64,000 nt of DNA, taken from IMG/VR virus record IMGVR_UViG_3300049048_000052, positions 62,001 to 126,000 of that record. One strand, written 5' to 3'. A program made the translations under genes and the position numbers. Below, piece by piece: positions 1 through 10,172 of the stretch. Position 1 is the first letter of the stretch. Every line of letters begins with the position of its first letter. Below the pieces are notes generated by a model, which was given only the letters and a program-made list of their open reading frames with translations, was not told the DNA's origin and did no database searches.

Positions 1-243
1 CCACTACTACCTATCAGATAGGGAGCCTGAATTCATCTACATAGTAAATGAGAAGAACAAGAGTAGCGTTGGTCTACATATACCTACGCTATCTAGAATC
101 ATGGGTTCCTTATCTGAATTCTATTGCTTAGATTACATGGAATCTTCCATAGAACCACTACTAAAAAGGTGGCAAGCAATGATCAAAAAGTAGAATTGCA
201 GGGTTGGACATTAGGGTTGCATTAAATAGGCACAGAATGACAT

Positions 244-534
244 ATGAAATGGCGGCAGGATAGGGAGGGTGAGTGGAGGGCAGACCTAATGTCTGGTACT
301 CTAAGTCAGATCCTACAATGTAAATCTATTACCATTAAAGTAAGGAGAAAGTCTCCCTTATTACATGGGACAGCATATTGGGTTGGTCTGTATGCTCATG
401 AGCTTATATATGGTTATGAGTATATAGATGGCAATGATATGAATGCTAGGGTTACTGCGGTGGACCTTGTTAGACGTTATGTTAAACACTTGCTCACTAG
501 TGTTGAGCAACTAATATCTGTAGTAGAGGATTAA
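244..534 (+). CDS. hypothetical protein
   Basis: ORF track, 96 aa, colinear with neighbours. Confidence 0.6.
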   Translation: MKWRQDREGEWRADLMSGTLSQILQCKSITIKVRRKSPLLHGTAYWVGLYAHELIYGYEYIDGNDMNARVTAVDLVRRYVKHLLTSVEQLISVVED

Positions 535-576
535 ACAAGGGGCCAATAGGCCCCACTCAAAACAAAGGAGGGAGTT

Positions 577-1338
577 ATGAGTGACTTCGGTATAGGGCCA
601 GCTAGCCTTATAAAGGATGTCGATTGGTGCAAGAATATACTGGCTATGCCAGGGATAGACTTTGATCTATGGGCCAAGTGGAACGGGGCGGAGGCATCAA
701 TAGATGGCCAAGGTAGAACAGTAACCACTGAGAGTTATATGCCTACTCTAACCGTCAAGACCTCGCCCTTTAGTATTGCCTATGAGGCCCATCCTAACCA
801 TTACCGGAAGCTGAACGTACTATCTGTGACCAGTGAGGTTATAGGTCTAGTAGATTATCAGCTACAGCCGAGGGGCGGTATTGAGAAAAAGTATAAGAGG
901 AGTAAAGTTTACTACCTTATCACACCAGCTGGTGTCATTGCTTACTTGTTATGTTTACCAGGCCCTAAGGGAGATACTCTAAGGAGTATGCTTAGCCCTA
1001 AGGGTAATCTTACCTCTGATGAGAGGTGGGAGTTATTGGGTATAAGTGCGGAGCCTCCAGTTGTGAGGACTACGCCTAAGAAAGAGAAGCCGACACAGGC
1101 TAAGGCTGCATTAGTTGAGACCGCACCCCTTAAACCTCACAGTAATCCTATTATCGCAGGGTTAATGGCGGAGAGACAAAGGATCGTTGAGTTGGAAGCA
1201 GGTCTGAATCATCAGGTTGGTTTATTAGAGGACAGACTGACCCTATTAAAGAGTCAGGTTGCCCATGCAGCAGAGAAGAAAGAGGCCTTAGATAATCAAA
1301 TAACTGAGGCACTCATAATGTTGGGTGAGCTTACTTAG
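577..1338 (+). CDS. Bro-N/antirepressor-like DNA-binding protein with C-terminal coiled coil (paralog A)
   Basis: GGAG-like RBS; LITPAGVIAYLLCLPGPKGDTLR resembles the Bro-N C-terminal helices; paralogous to 1533..2240; heptad-rich tail. Confidence 0.5.
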   Translation: MSDFGIGPASLIKDVDWCKNILAMPGIDFDLWAKWNGAEASIDGQGRTVTTESYMPTLTVKTSPFSIAYEAHPNHYRKLNVLSVTSEVIGLVDYQLQPRGGIEKKYKRSKVYYLITPAGVIAYLLCLPGPKGDTLRSMLSPKGNLTSDERWELLGISAEPPVVRTTPKKEKPTQAKAALVETAPLKPHSNPIIAGLMAERQRIVELEAGLNHQVGLLEDRLTLLKSQVAHAAEKKEALDNQITEALIMLGELT

Positions 1339-1420
1339 GTAAGATGGGGTATCCACTACTGGTTACACCCTTAATCTTAGGGATGCCAGGTGTAGTCCTA
1401 GCAGGATCCCCCTTCTTACC
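1338..1420 (+). other. long nested intergenic stem-loop
   Basis: GGTAAGA-T-GGGG..ATCC pairs with GGAT..CCCC-T-TCTTACC; inner ACTAC/GTAGT, CTGG/CCAG and CCCT/AGGG helices. Confidence 0.55.
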
Positions 1421-1532
1421 TTTATTGCTCTTACGGGGCATGCCCGAGTAACCACCTATGTATGACATGACGACTTATTAATGTAGATATCGTCTACACA
1501 CTAACACACCTAGGAAGGGAAGGAATAGGATC

Positions 1533-2240
1533 ATGAACGCAGTAAGAAATCCTCTGTCAGAGATCATCAAGAATCAACAGAGCTGCATGCAGATGTTGGC
1601 AGCCATTAACTTCACCGCATGGGTGGGGTGGGATGGTAAGAAGGTAGTAACTATGCGGGAGGCAGAGGCGGTCACCAGTGGCACCTACCTCAATGTGTTG
1701 GCAGAAATAAAGATGCCCTCTGTCTACACTAGGAAGACCATTGCCTACTATGCAAATCACTATAAGGAAGTGGGTCTGATCTATGTGAACCTAGAGGTAG
1801 CTAAGCAGGTCTATAATCAGACCAAGCCCAAAGATGCTGAGGCTAGACCGCTTCGGTCTGACCACAACCATTTCATTCTGAGGCCCTCGGCCCTAATAGC
1901 CTTTATGCTATCGGCGCCGGGTAGTAAGGCTGATGCACTCAGAAAGTCCTTGGGTATCGCAGAGAAACTAGAGTCTGCAGATAAGTGGGATATGTTGGGG
2001 CTTGGTCATATTCCGGTTGTAGGTTTTCCTAGAGATAGGAACAAAGCTAAGGCAGTGGTAGCTAAACCTTCTATTAAGGCTGCGGCCCTAGCTATAGTGC
2101 AGGATGTTCCCCCGGATAACAAGGCCATGGTACAGGGTCTTATGGCTCTGCGTAAGGCTAAGCAGGATTCTATCCTGGGTGTGCAGAGGGAGATCGAACA
2201 GTTGGATGCTGTACTGAAGATGTGTGGGGTTAAACCCTAA
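1533..2240 (+). CDS. Bro-N/antirepressor-like DNA-binding protein (paralog B)
   Basis: FILRPSALIAFMLSAPGSKADALRKSL aligns with the paralog A motif; same W-x-x-LG and coiled-coil end. Confidence 0.5.
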   Translation: MNAVRNPLSEIIKNQQSCMQMLAAINFTAWVGWDGKKVVTMREAEAVTSGTYLNVLAEIKMPSVYTRKTIAYYANHYKEVGLIYVNLEVAKQVYNQTKPKDAEARPLRSDHNHFILRPSALIAFMLSAPGSKADALRKSLGIAEKLESADKWDMLGLGHIPVVGFPRDRNKAKAVVAKPSIKAAALAIVQDVPPDNKAMVQGLMALRKAKQDSILGVQREIEQLDAVLKMCGVKP

Positions 2241-2246
2241 CAAAGC

Positions 2247-2279
2247 AAAAGGGTAGACATTCATCTACCCTTTTTGTTT
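2247..2279. terminator. bidirectional intrinsic terminator
   Basis: AAAAGGGTAGA-N6-TCTACCCTTTTT between convergent genes. Confidence 0.8.
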
Positions 2280-2288
2280 CATTTTTCC

Positions 2289-2426
2289 TTAAGTACGCTT
2301 AGCCTTGGCCTTAGCCCTAACTCTCTTAGTTTTGGGTTTGGCCTTGGCTTTCTTCTTGGCTGCTGGGCTACCATATATAGTAGTAACGTTGCCAAACTTA
2401 GTGGACTCGATCCTAATTGGTTCCAT
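2289..2426 (-). CDS. small Lys/Ala/Arg-rich basic protein (H1-tail-like)
   Basis: MEPIRIES...PAAKKKAKAKPKTKRVRAKAKAKRT; start taken at the ATG with an upstream GAGGAAG. Confidence 0.6.
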   Translation of the reverse strand: MEPIRIESTKFGNVTTIYGSPAAKKKAKAKPKTKRVRAKAKAKRT

Positions 2427-2548
2427 TCTTCTTCCTCTTTGATTTGGTCTTAGCTTTCTTCTTAGTACCACCACTATCCCCTGTATTTAGATAGGCTGTA
2501 TCCATAAAGAGGGTAGCCATAGACATCGCACTAGGGGGTACATTATTC

Positions 2549-2695
2549 TTACTTCTTCTTCCTAGCATTGGAGGGCTTCCTCTTTGCCTTAGGTTTAGAC
2601 TTAACGGCTTTCTTCTTAGCGACAGCCTTACCAGCTCTTACTGGTGTGGCCTCTAGACTAGTAGTATAGGAGGCACTGATCATTCCACCCATCAT
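2549..2695 (-). CDS. small Lys/Ala-rich basic protein (48 aa, below ORF-track cutoff)
   Basis: manual translation MMGGMISASYTTSLEATPVRAGKAVAKKKAVKSKPKAKRKPSNARKKK*. Confidence 0.55.
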   Translation of the reverse strand: MMGGMISASYTTSLEATPVRAGKAVAKKKAVKSKPKAKRKPSNARKKK

Positions 2696-2738
2696 AATAT
2701 ATGACCTATGATATCAATTAATAATAAACCTATATTAG

Positions 2739-3026
2739 ATGAAGGGGCCAAAGGTAGGGATCATGAGGACCCACTTAACCCTTATCAACATCCAGGTAAA
2801 CAAAATGATAAAGATTAATAGAATAACAGCCCGTATATTTGCATGGGATATGCTACAGCTATCCTTAGGATTCGGGTTGAGTGAAAGAATAATGGACCTA
2901 TATAATACGGGGCACCTATATGATCGTATAGGTATAACCCAACTATGTACTATAGCCTTTGTAGAATCACTATTATTATTACTTAAGCCTGAAAGATACT
3001 ATGAGAAGGATAAGGAAGAAGTATAG
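2739..3026 (+). CDS. hypothetical protein
   Basis: ORF track; true start is probably the downstream ATG (MIKINRI). Confidence 0.55.
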   Translation: MKGPKVGIMRTHLTLINIQVNKMIKINRITARIFAWDMLQLSLGFGLSERIMDLYNTGHLYDRIGITQLCTIAFVESLLLLLKPERYYEKDKEEV

Positions 3027-3597
3027 CTTTGGTACTGAAGACTCCCAAATGATTAACTATAAGGCAGTTAGTCAATGGCTACTGAAGAGAGTAGGTCAGC
3101 CTTGGGATCAGATATACTCTGAACTGTTAGGTAAGATTAAAGGTTATGGATATGGCCGCATAGACCTGATTAAGCAATGTGTTAAATGGACAGTCATACC
3201 TAGAACCTTTAGGGATGATGATGGAACTATATATAAACCACATGGTCGTATGTTAGGTCCGGGTGAGTTCTATGTAGATCCAGAGGGCATCCTAAGAAGG
3301 GTGGCTAAACAGAAGAGGAAACGTAAGGTTCCTCAGGCTGAGCAGATAATCAGGATAGGAGATAACGAATATCTAAAGAGAGGGGAAAGCTGGTACTACG
3401 TAGCTAAGTTTAAGGAGAAGGTAGTTACTAAGGAGTTAGTCCTAGATGAACAAGAGAAGCCTGTATTCATCTACGATTATATGAAGAATGCTAAGGTGCC
3501 CCTGACCAAAGAAACAGTTACCTATAAAACTAATGTGCATCATTATCCTATTAGGAATGATGATCGAGTCAAGCTAAGAAAGAATGGTTATCTATAA
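3001..3597 (+). CDS. conserved hypothetical basic protein
   Basis: WLLKRVGQPWDQIYSEL motif recalled from uncharacterised phage/bacterial proteins. Confidence 0.65.
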   Translation: MRRIRKKYSFGTEDSQMINYKAVSQWLLKRVGQPWDQIYSELLGKIKGYGYGRIDLIKQCVKWTVIPRTFRDDDGTIYKPHGRMLGPGEFYVDPEGILRRVAKQKRKRKVPQAEQIIRIGDNEYLKRGESWYYVAKFKEKVVTKELVLDEQEKPVFIYDYMKNAKVPLTKETVTYKTNVHHYPIRNDDRVKLRKNGYL

Positions 3598-4328
3598 TGA
3601 ATGAGAAAGTAGTATTTGAATCCGCAGGCGGTTGGCTCCAAGTAATAGAGACAGCTAACAAGTTCTACTTTGCCCGTCGTAAGGGTAAGGACTCTGTTGC
3701 TGTGTTCTTAGTACGCCAGGGTAATGAGGGATGGGAAGTCCTTATTAGACGCCAACCCCTACCCCTACTTAATAGGGATACTGGTGATGATATGGAGTTA
3801 TACTCATGTCCTATTACAGGTGGGTATGAGTTAAACGAGTCTGCTGAAACATGCGCCCTACGTGAGGCATATGAGGAAGCAGGATATAAGCTGGATAAAC
3901 TTAGTTATCTTGGTGGTTACATCGTAGGTACCCAGACTGATGAGTATGTTGATATGTTCTGGGCTGACGTAACTAATGTTGAGCCTAGCATTCCTACTCA
4001 GGATGGTACTGTATTCGAGGCTGCCAGTGAGAATAAGTGGATGCCCATAGGTTTCCTGGATATGGACGGATCCTATGCTGCCCTGCAGATTGGGTTCCTT
4101 AGATTAAAAGAGGACCTGGCCCTGACCGAGGTAGAGAATATAGATTGGATGCCCCTAGCTATCAGATTATTAAACACCTGTATAGGTGATGTCTGTATAG
4201 AGGATCGCATACGTACCTATGACCTCATAGGTAAGCTAAGGTCTAAACTAGGTGAGGAATCCTTCGGTAGGTTATTAGGTACTAGATATTTAGAGCTATC
4301 CAATAAGATAGCGGAGGCCCTAGGTTAA
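3597..4328 (+). CDS. Nudix hydrolase
   Basis: Nudix box GGYELNESAETCALREAYEEAG. Confidence 0.9.
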   Translation: MNEKVVFESAGGWLQVIETANKFYFARRKGKDSVAVFLVRQGNEGWEVLIRRQPLPLLNRDTGDDMELYSCPITGGYELNESAETCALREAYEEAGYKLDKLSYLGGYIVGTQTDEYVDMFWADVTNVEPSIPTQDGTVFEAASENKWMPIGFLDMDGSYAALQIGFLRLKEDLALTEVENIDWMPLAIRLLNTCIGDVCIEDRIRTYDLIGKLRSKLGEESFGRLLGTRYLELSNKIAEALG

Positions 4329-4516
4329 TTACTATATAAGCTCAGCAATAATGCTGGCAATGACAACTGAAGTAAGAGAGGTTTATATGGTCTGTCAAGA
4401 GTGTGGTAAGGATCCTAAGCATTGCACTGCTGTAGAGCCTTGTAAACATTGGGCTTATCTACTCAGACAGGCCAATAAACCAAAGACAGTCGCTAGTAAT
4501 AGGGAGATTAAGGAAG

Positions 4517-4783
4517 ATGGTAACTGAGGATAGATTCACTAGCCTTGAGGTACTGCAGGAGGCTGTTGATAATGTAAGGACTGTGGCTGATATTCTAACA
4601 CTAGGGGCGGAGATTGACGCCTGTAGAAGTCAGCGTACAGACTTCTACAATAACGGTAATTTCTACAGAATAGAGTTTTATGGGGGAGTAGGTACCCGCT
4701 CTGTAGTCTACACCTTTGTCCCTCGGTCTAAGGTACCCTTACCAGGTTACCGAGAGGGTGAGTACACTCTAATAGAGGATTAA
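4517..4783 (+). CDS. hypothetical protein
   Basis: ORF track, AAGGA RBS. Confidence 0.6.
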   Translation: MVTEDRFTSLEVLQEAVDNVRTVADILTLGAEIDACRSQRTDFYNNGNFYRIEFYGGVGTRSVVYTFVPRSKVPLPGYREGEYTLIED

Positions 4784-4848
4784 GAGCAGACTCTGTCTGT
4801 ATGGGATAACAAATAAGAAAGGGTGGCATTAAGCCACCCTTCTGGGTT

Positions 4849-5046
4849 TTACCTGGAGCCGCCAGGAATTCTTCGACCAGGACTACCTCTCCTAGGAGGT
4901 GTCAGGCTGGTTACGGTTTCTTTATTGTTGCTACCACTTCGGATATCAGGGATATCCTTAGCTTCATCTATACGGTACTCAGTACCAATACTAATGACGA
5001 TGAAGACGGTAGTAATGGATAAGGTCATTAGCAACATGATCAACAT
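4849..5046 (-). CDS. small putative secreted/membrane peptide
   Basis: hydrophobic N-terminus; C-terminal PPRRGSPGRRIPGGSR; AGGAGG RBS; ends at a hairpin. Confidence 0.55.
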   Translation of the reverse strand: MLIMLLMTLSITTVFIVISIGTEYRIDEAKDIPDIRSGSNNKETVTSLTPPRRGSPGRRIPGGSR

Positions 5047-5224
5047 ATTGAGGATCCTCCTTAAGGTGAATCTAGTTGATTAGCCTAACAGGTTGATCGA
5101 CTTGTAAGGCTATGGTATTAAGATAACTGATATTCAACGTTAAAGGTGGGTGTAATTTAATTATTTCTTAATAATTGGATATAACTATAAAATGCTAGGG
5201 CTAATACCTTAGTAGTTATATATT

Positions 5225-5797
5225 GTGATATTGATTATGAAACTATTTGTATTAGATACGGAGACAGGTGGGTTAGACCCTACGGTACATTCAATCCTTA
5301 GCTTAGCCCTGGTAACCTTAGATCTAGAGAGTAGAACTATTGGGCCCAGTATAGAGATAAAGATATCAGAGGGGGTCTACATAGTTAACTCAGAGGCAAT
5401 GGCAATTAACAATATAGACCTGAAGGAGCATTCGATAGATGCTAAGACACCTACAGGTTCCATCAATATTATTAAGCAGTTCCTCAAAGGGCATAGGACA
5501 CCTGTTAATTTGGTTGGTCATAACGTACAGTTCGACATTGGGTTCCTCAAAAGGTTGTATAGGTTAGCAGATAACAAGATGGTGGGTAACTATGGCGATC
5601 TATTCAGTCATAGGGTGGTTGATACATGTTCCATATTAAGGTTCCTGCATCACTCGGGTAAGGTACCCATAGATGTCTCATCATCTGATAGGGCCTTTGC
5701 TCACTTTGATATAAAGATAGATAAGAAAGATAGACATACTGCATTGGGTGATGCTATGGGCACTGCCCAGTTATATTTAAAGTTACTAGATGTATAA
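5225..5797 (+). CDS. DEDDh 3'-5' exonuclease (DnaQ/epsilon-like)
   Basis: ExoI LDTETGG, ExoII GHNVQFD, ExoIII HTALGDA; likely ATG start at 5237. Confidence 0.9.
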   Translation: MILIMKLFVLDTETGGLDPTVHSILSLALVTLDLESRTIGPSIEIKISEGVYIVNSEAMAINNIDLKEHSIDAKTPTGSINIIKQFLKGHRTPVNLVGHNVQFDIGFLKRLYRLADNKMVGNYGDLFSHRVVDTCSILRFLHHSGKVPIDVSSSDRAFAHFDIKIDKKDRHTALGDAMGTAQLYLKLLDV

Positions 5798-5862
5798 AAT
5801 AAGCGCACTATCTTTAGCCTATAAATCATATGCTGTAGTAGAATCACAGCATATAACTCCCA

Positions 5863-8800
5863 ATGGCTAAGAAGAAGATTAATAGGCCTAGTTCCTCAAA
5901 GAGGGGATTCGCCAGTAGTGGTAGCATAATAGGTGGCTTCGGCAGTCGAGGCCCCAAGGGTAGCTCTGCTTATGAGGTGTGGAAAGAGCTAGGTAATGAT
6001 GGGGACGAGCAGCAGTTCCTACTAAGTATTAGGGGACCTGTTGGTGGTCCAGGTAAGTCAGCATATGAAGTCTGGTTAGATGAAGGCAACACTGGAACAG
6101 TAGGTGATTTCATCTATGCGTTACGCCGTCTCTCAGGTGGGGATGGTATCTCAGCCTATGACATATGGTTATCACTTGGTAATGTTGGTACTGAGGAAGG
6201 ATTCCTACAATCACTTAAGGGACCAATGGGTCCACAGGGTCCTCAAGGTAAGTCAGCATACCAAGTATGGTTAGACCAGGGTGTTATAGGTACTGAGTCT
6301 GACTTTATAAATGCATTAAGGGGACCAGCTGGTCCCACTGGTCCTAGTGGAAGTGTAGGACCTACTGGTCCCATTGGGCCAACAGGTCCCCAAGGATCTA
6401 CTGGTTCGGCTGGCCCTCGGGGTGCTGATGGTGTTACTGGTAAGTCAGCATATCAGGTATGGCTTGACCTAGGTAATATGGGTACCGAGCAACAGTTCCT
6501 TAATTCATTAAGAGGAAGTAATGGTGCTCAGGGCCCCCAAGGTATACAAGGCGCAACTGGTGCTAATGGGGTAGATGGTGAGTCTGCCTATAGCCTATGG
6601 TTATCCTTGGGTAACATGGGTACCGAGGAAGAATTTCTAGCCTCCTTTGTAGGACCAATGGGTCCACAGGGTCCTCAAGGTATACAGGGTGAATCTGGTT
6701 TAACCGGACCTAAGGGAGATACTGGACCCATAGGTTTGACTGGACCACAGGGTATTCCTGGTGAAGTAGGACCTAAGGGAGATCAAGGTGATACTGGTCC
6801 AGCAGGACCACAAGGTCCCATTGGTGCTCAAGGTATACAGGGTATACAAGGTGAGGTAGGACCTGCTGGTTTAACTGGGCCAATAGGCCCTGTTGGTCCC
6901 ATTGGACCTAAGGGTGAACCAGGAGATACAGGACCTGAGGGTCCACAGGGAGTCCAGGGTATACAAGGTGAGATAGGACCTCAGGGTATTGAGGGCCCCA
7001 TCGGAGCAACAGGACCACAAGGACCCTTTGGAGACTCAGCATATCAAGTATGGTTATCAGAGGGTAACCTAGGATCTCCCACTGACTTCCTGGATTCCCT
7101 AATAGGTGCACAGGGACCAACAGGTGCAATAGGACCGCAGGGTGAGATTGGTCCCATCGGACCCCAAGGACCACAAGGTATTACTGGTGCGCCAGGTCCC
7201 CAGGGACCTGCTGGTAACAATGGTGCCATAGGTGCAACAGGTCCCAAGGGTGATACTGGTGATACCGGACCACAAGGACCAATGGGACCCGAGGGACCCC
7301 AAGGTATACAAGGATTAACCGGAGAGACTGGACCTAAGGGTGACACTGGAGATCAGGGTCCTCAGGGTATACAAGGATTGATAGGGGCAACAGGAGCAAC
7401 AGGCCCACAGGGACCTAAGGGTGACACTGGTGAGCAGGGTATACAAGGTATAGCTGGTGCTACAGGTGCCACTGGACCCCAAGGTATACAAGGACCTATA
7501 GGTCCCTCTGGACCTCAAGGTGCTACGGGTCCAGAGGGACCCACTGGTGCAACGGGGGCTACCGGACCCAAAGGGGATACAGGTGATTCAGCATATCAAG
7601 CATGGTTAGCAGCAGGTAATACGGGCACAGAGGCAGACTTTCTTGCCTCTCTAGTAGGACCTCAGGGTCCAACCGGCGCTACGGGAGCAACAGGACCAAT
7701 AGGACCTGAGGGACCAGCTGGCCCTCAAGGTCCTGGCTCAGGCGATGTAATGGGGCCTGCTAGTTCTACTGTTACTGGAATAGCTATCTTCAGTAGCAAT
7801 ACAGGTAAAGCTATACAAAGTTCCACTGTTACTATTGATGTAAGCAATAATCTTAGTACAGCAGGAAACTTAAGTACTACAGGATCTGGTTACATTAGTA
7901 CTGCAAGGCCCATATTTTTGGGTACCTATACAGTAGCGGGGTTACCTACAGCATCAAGTTGGACCAATGCCATTGCTATTGCTACTAATGCTAATGCAGG
8001 TAATGGTGCCGCAGTTAGATCTGATGGTGCTAACTGGATTGATATGAGTTCTAACAGAGCAGCGAGTACAGATATGAACTCAGCTATGTTTGGGGCTCAG
8101 AGCTTTACGCCTAATGGTATCCCCCGTACCAATGGTAACTCAAGTAGACAGTTATTAAGCTCAAATGTAACCATTGATGCTAACAATGTACTGACTATAC
8201 CGGCATCCGGTAACCTTAAATTAAATAGTCCTGCCTTCCTTGGTACATACACAGTAGCAGGACTACCTGCTGCCGCTAGTTGGACTAATGCAATCGCAAT
8301 TGCCACTAACGCTAATGGGGGTGGGGGCACTATTGCAAAGTCTAATGGAACCAGCTGGTTAGATATAGTACAAGGTAAGACGGTAACTACTGCTACTAAT
8401 ATCATACCTAGTATTGCATTATCAGATACTGCACCATCAAGCCCTAGCAATGGGGACTTCTGGTTTAACTCTAGTCAATTAAAGTTAAAGGTTAGATATT
8501 TTGATGGTACAAATACCCAGTGGGTAGATGTATTACCTACTGGAGGCAGTAGTAGTACTGGGGTAAGCGTAGGTGATGTTGCTCCTGCAAGTCCTACTAA
8601 TGGAGCCCTATGGTGGGATAGTACTGTAGGTAAGTTAAGAATATATTATACAGACAGTGACTCTAGCCAATGGGTGGATGCCACATGGAACGGTAATGTA
8701 TCTAACCTTCAACTGTCCTCAGGTACAGCAGGCTCGCCCTCCCTATCATTTAGTGGGGATACAGGTACAGGACTCTACTTAGCATCAGCAGGTAACCTGG

Positions 8801-9165
8801 GTATAAGGGCAGCGGATACAGTATGGGTTGGTTCAGGTACTACACCGGCCACCACTACTACCCCTATACAGTCAGGTACTACAGCTAAGGCATTCGGTAG
8901 GTTCGTTGGATCTACTGCTACCATTAGTAAGTCCTACAACGTCAGCTCAGTAGTAAGGAATAGTTTAGGGGCATACACTGTTAACTTTACCCAGGCTATG
9001 CCTGATGCTAACTTTATAGTGGTGGGTGCGGGTGAGGCAGGCTCCAATAACGTAGCTGATGTTGTGGTCTATGCAAGAACAACCACCTCTGTATCCCTAG
9101 GTATGACCTTTGGTAATGGTAATAACTATGATGCCACTGTTAACTTTGCTATATTCAGTAACTAA
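5863..9165 (+). CDS. collagen-like tail fibre / adhesin
   Basis: long Gly-X-Y tracts interrupted by 8 SAY(E/Q)xW..GN.GT..FL.SL blocks; cyanophage-like [14 protein letters not shown] repeats; fibre-tip-like C-terminus. Confidence 0.85.
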   Translation: MAKKKINRPSSSKRGFASSGSIIGGFGSRGPKGSSAYEVWKELGNDGDEQQFLLSIRGPVGGPGKSAYEVWLDEGNTGTVGDFIYALRRLSGGDGISAYDIWLSLGNVGTEEGFLQSLKGPMGPQGPQGKSAYQVWLDQGVIGTESDFINALRGPAGPTGPSGSVGPTGPIGPTGPQGSTGSAGPRGADGVTGKSAYQVWLDLGNMGTEQQFLNSLRGSNGAQGPQGIQGATGANGVDGESAYSLWLSLGNMGTEEEFLASFVGPMGPQGPQGIQGESGLTGPKGDTGPIGLTGPQGIPGEVGPKGDQGDTGPAGPQGPIGAQGIQGIQGEVGPAGLTGPIGPVGPIGPKGEPGDTGPEGPQGVQGIQGEIGPQGIEGPIGATGPQGPFGDSAYQVWLSEGNLGSPTDFLDSLIGAQGPTGAIGPQGEIGPIGPQGPQGITGAPGPQGPAGNNGAIGATGPKGDTGDTGPQGPMGPEGPQGIQGLTGETGPKGDTGDQGPQGIQGLIGATGATGPQGPKGDTGEQGIQGIAGATGATGPQGIQGPIGPSGPQGATGPEGPTGATGATGPKGDTGDSAYQAWLAAGNTGTEADFLASLVGPQGPTGATGATGPIGPEGPAGPQGPGSGDVMGPASSTVTGIAIFSSNTGKAIQSSTVTIDVSNNLSTAGNLSTTGSGYISTARPIFLGTYTVAGLPTASSWTNAIAIATNANAGNGAAVRSDGANWIDMSSNRAASTDMNSAMFGAQSFTPNGIPRTNGNSSRQLLSSNVTIDANNVLTIPASGNLKLNSPAFLGTYTVAGLPAAASWTNAIAIATNANGGGGTIAKSNGTSWLDIVQGKTVTTATNIIPSIALSDTAPSSPSNGDFWFNSSQLKLKVRYFDGTNTQWVDVLPTGGSSSTGVSVGDVAPASPTNGALWWDSTVGKLRIYYTDSDSSQWVDATWNGNVSNLQLSSGTAGSPSLSFSGDTGTGLYLASAGNLGIRAADTVWVGSGTTPATTTTPIQSGTTAKAFGRFVGSTATISKSYNVSSVVRNSLGAYTVNFTQAMPDANFIVVGAGEAGSNNVADVVVYARTTTSVSLGMTFGNGNNYDATVNFAIFSN

Positions 9166-9167
9166 TT

Positions 9168-10145
9168 ATGCCAGTATCCTTTCCCGCGTCACCCACACTT
9201 AATCAAACCTTTGTAGCTAATAGTATCACCTACGTATGGGATGGTAGCTCATGGTCAGTAGTAACGGGACAGAACATGATAGCAGGGGGTACCATATCAG
9301 GTAACCTTGTTGTCACAGGTTCTATTACTGCAGCCACAGTTGCCGTCGGTAGTAATCAGGTGGTCCTACCTACTGATCTACCCTCTCTAATAGAGGGGCT
9401 AACCACAAGTAGGAATACGGGTACACAGATAACAGTAGCATCAGGTAGAGCTATAACGACAGATGCTACAGGTACTAGTCGTAGGGTAACAACATTATCT
9501 AGTGCCATTACTAAGAGTCTCAGTTCTAACTGGGTAGTAGGTAATAGTAATGGAGGGTTAGATACAGGGGCCCTAGCTGCGGCCGCCACTTATCATATAT
9601 TCCTTATAGATAATACGAGTAACGTTGATGTACTCCTATCCACTAGCCTCACTCCTACTATGCCATCAGGCTATACATTCAGGAGAAGGATAGGTTCTAT
9701 CACTACAAGTGCTAGTACGATAGTAGAGTATACACAACAGGCTAAGTACTTTGAGTATAAGAATGTTATTAATGCCTTTAATAATTACAACGTATCAGCT
9801 ACAGGTGAGCTGATAGTAATGCCTATACCAATAGGTATCAGGTTAAAGGTACGTGCCTTCTATAGTCCTGGATATTCCCTTAGTGGATATGAAACCAGCC
9901 AAGTATGCCTTAGTCCAGATGTAACACCATATAGCCTTGGCAATGATATGCCTGCCAGGCCTGCATTCGTAGGTACAGTAGGAGGTTACTATGGAAGTTA
10001 TACAGATACCAGTGGTATTGAGATAGAGAGGGTAACAGATACCAGTGGGAGACTGTACTTCAGGAGAAGCTCCTTTGGTTACCTAGCTGGTGGCCTAAAT
10101 CAAAGTACCTTCAGAGTATTAGGCTATGAAGATATCGGTCTATAA
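9168..10145 (+). CDS. tail fibre/spike protein
   Basis: N-terminal MPVSFPASPTLNQTF..TYVWDG motif typical of cyanophage fibres; paralogous to the next gene. Confidence 0.75.
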   Translation: MPVSFPASPTLNQTFVANSITYVWDGSSWSVVTGQNMIAGGTISGNLVVTGSITAATVAVGSNQVVLPTDLPSLIEGLTTSRNTGTQITVASGRAITTDATGTSRRVTTLSSAITKSLSSNWVVGNSNGGLDTGALAAAATYHIFLIDNTSNVDVLLSTSLTPTMPSGYTFRRRIGSITTSASTIVEYTQQAKYFEYKNVINAFNNYNVSATGELIVMPIPIGIRLKVRAFYSPGYSLSGYETSQVCLSPDVTPYSLGNDMPARPAFVGTVGGYYGSYTDTSGIEIERVTDTSGRLYFRRSSFGYLAGGLNQSTFRVLGYEDIGL

Positions 10146-10172
10146 TTTAATTAATATAAATACTCTAAGAAC

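Noticed and set aside
4849-4880. PatS/HetN-like RGSGR heterocyst inhibitor
   Set aside because: The sequence is RGSPGR; the exact RGSGR pentapeptide is absent
6908-8450. Several minus-strand ORFs inside the collagen gene
   Set aside because: Shadow frames of Gly-X-Y codon repeats; no RBS or independent motifs
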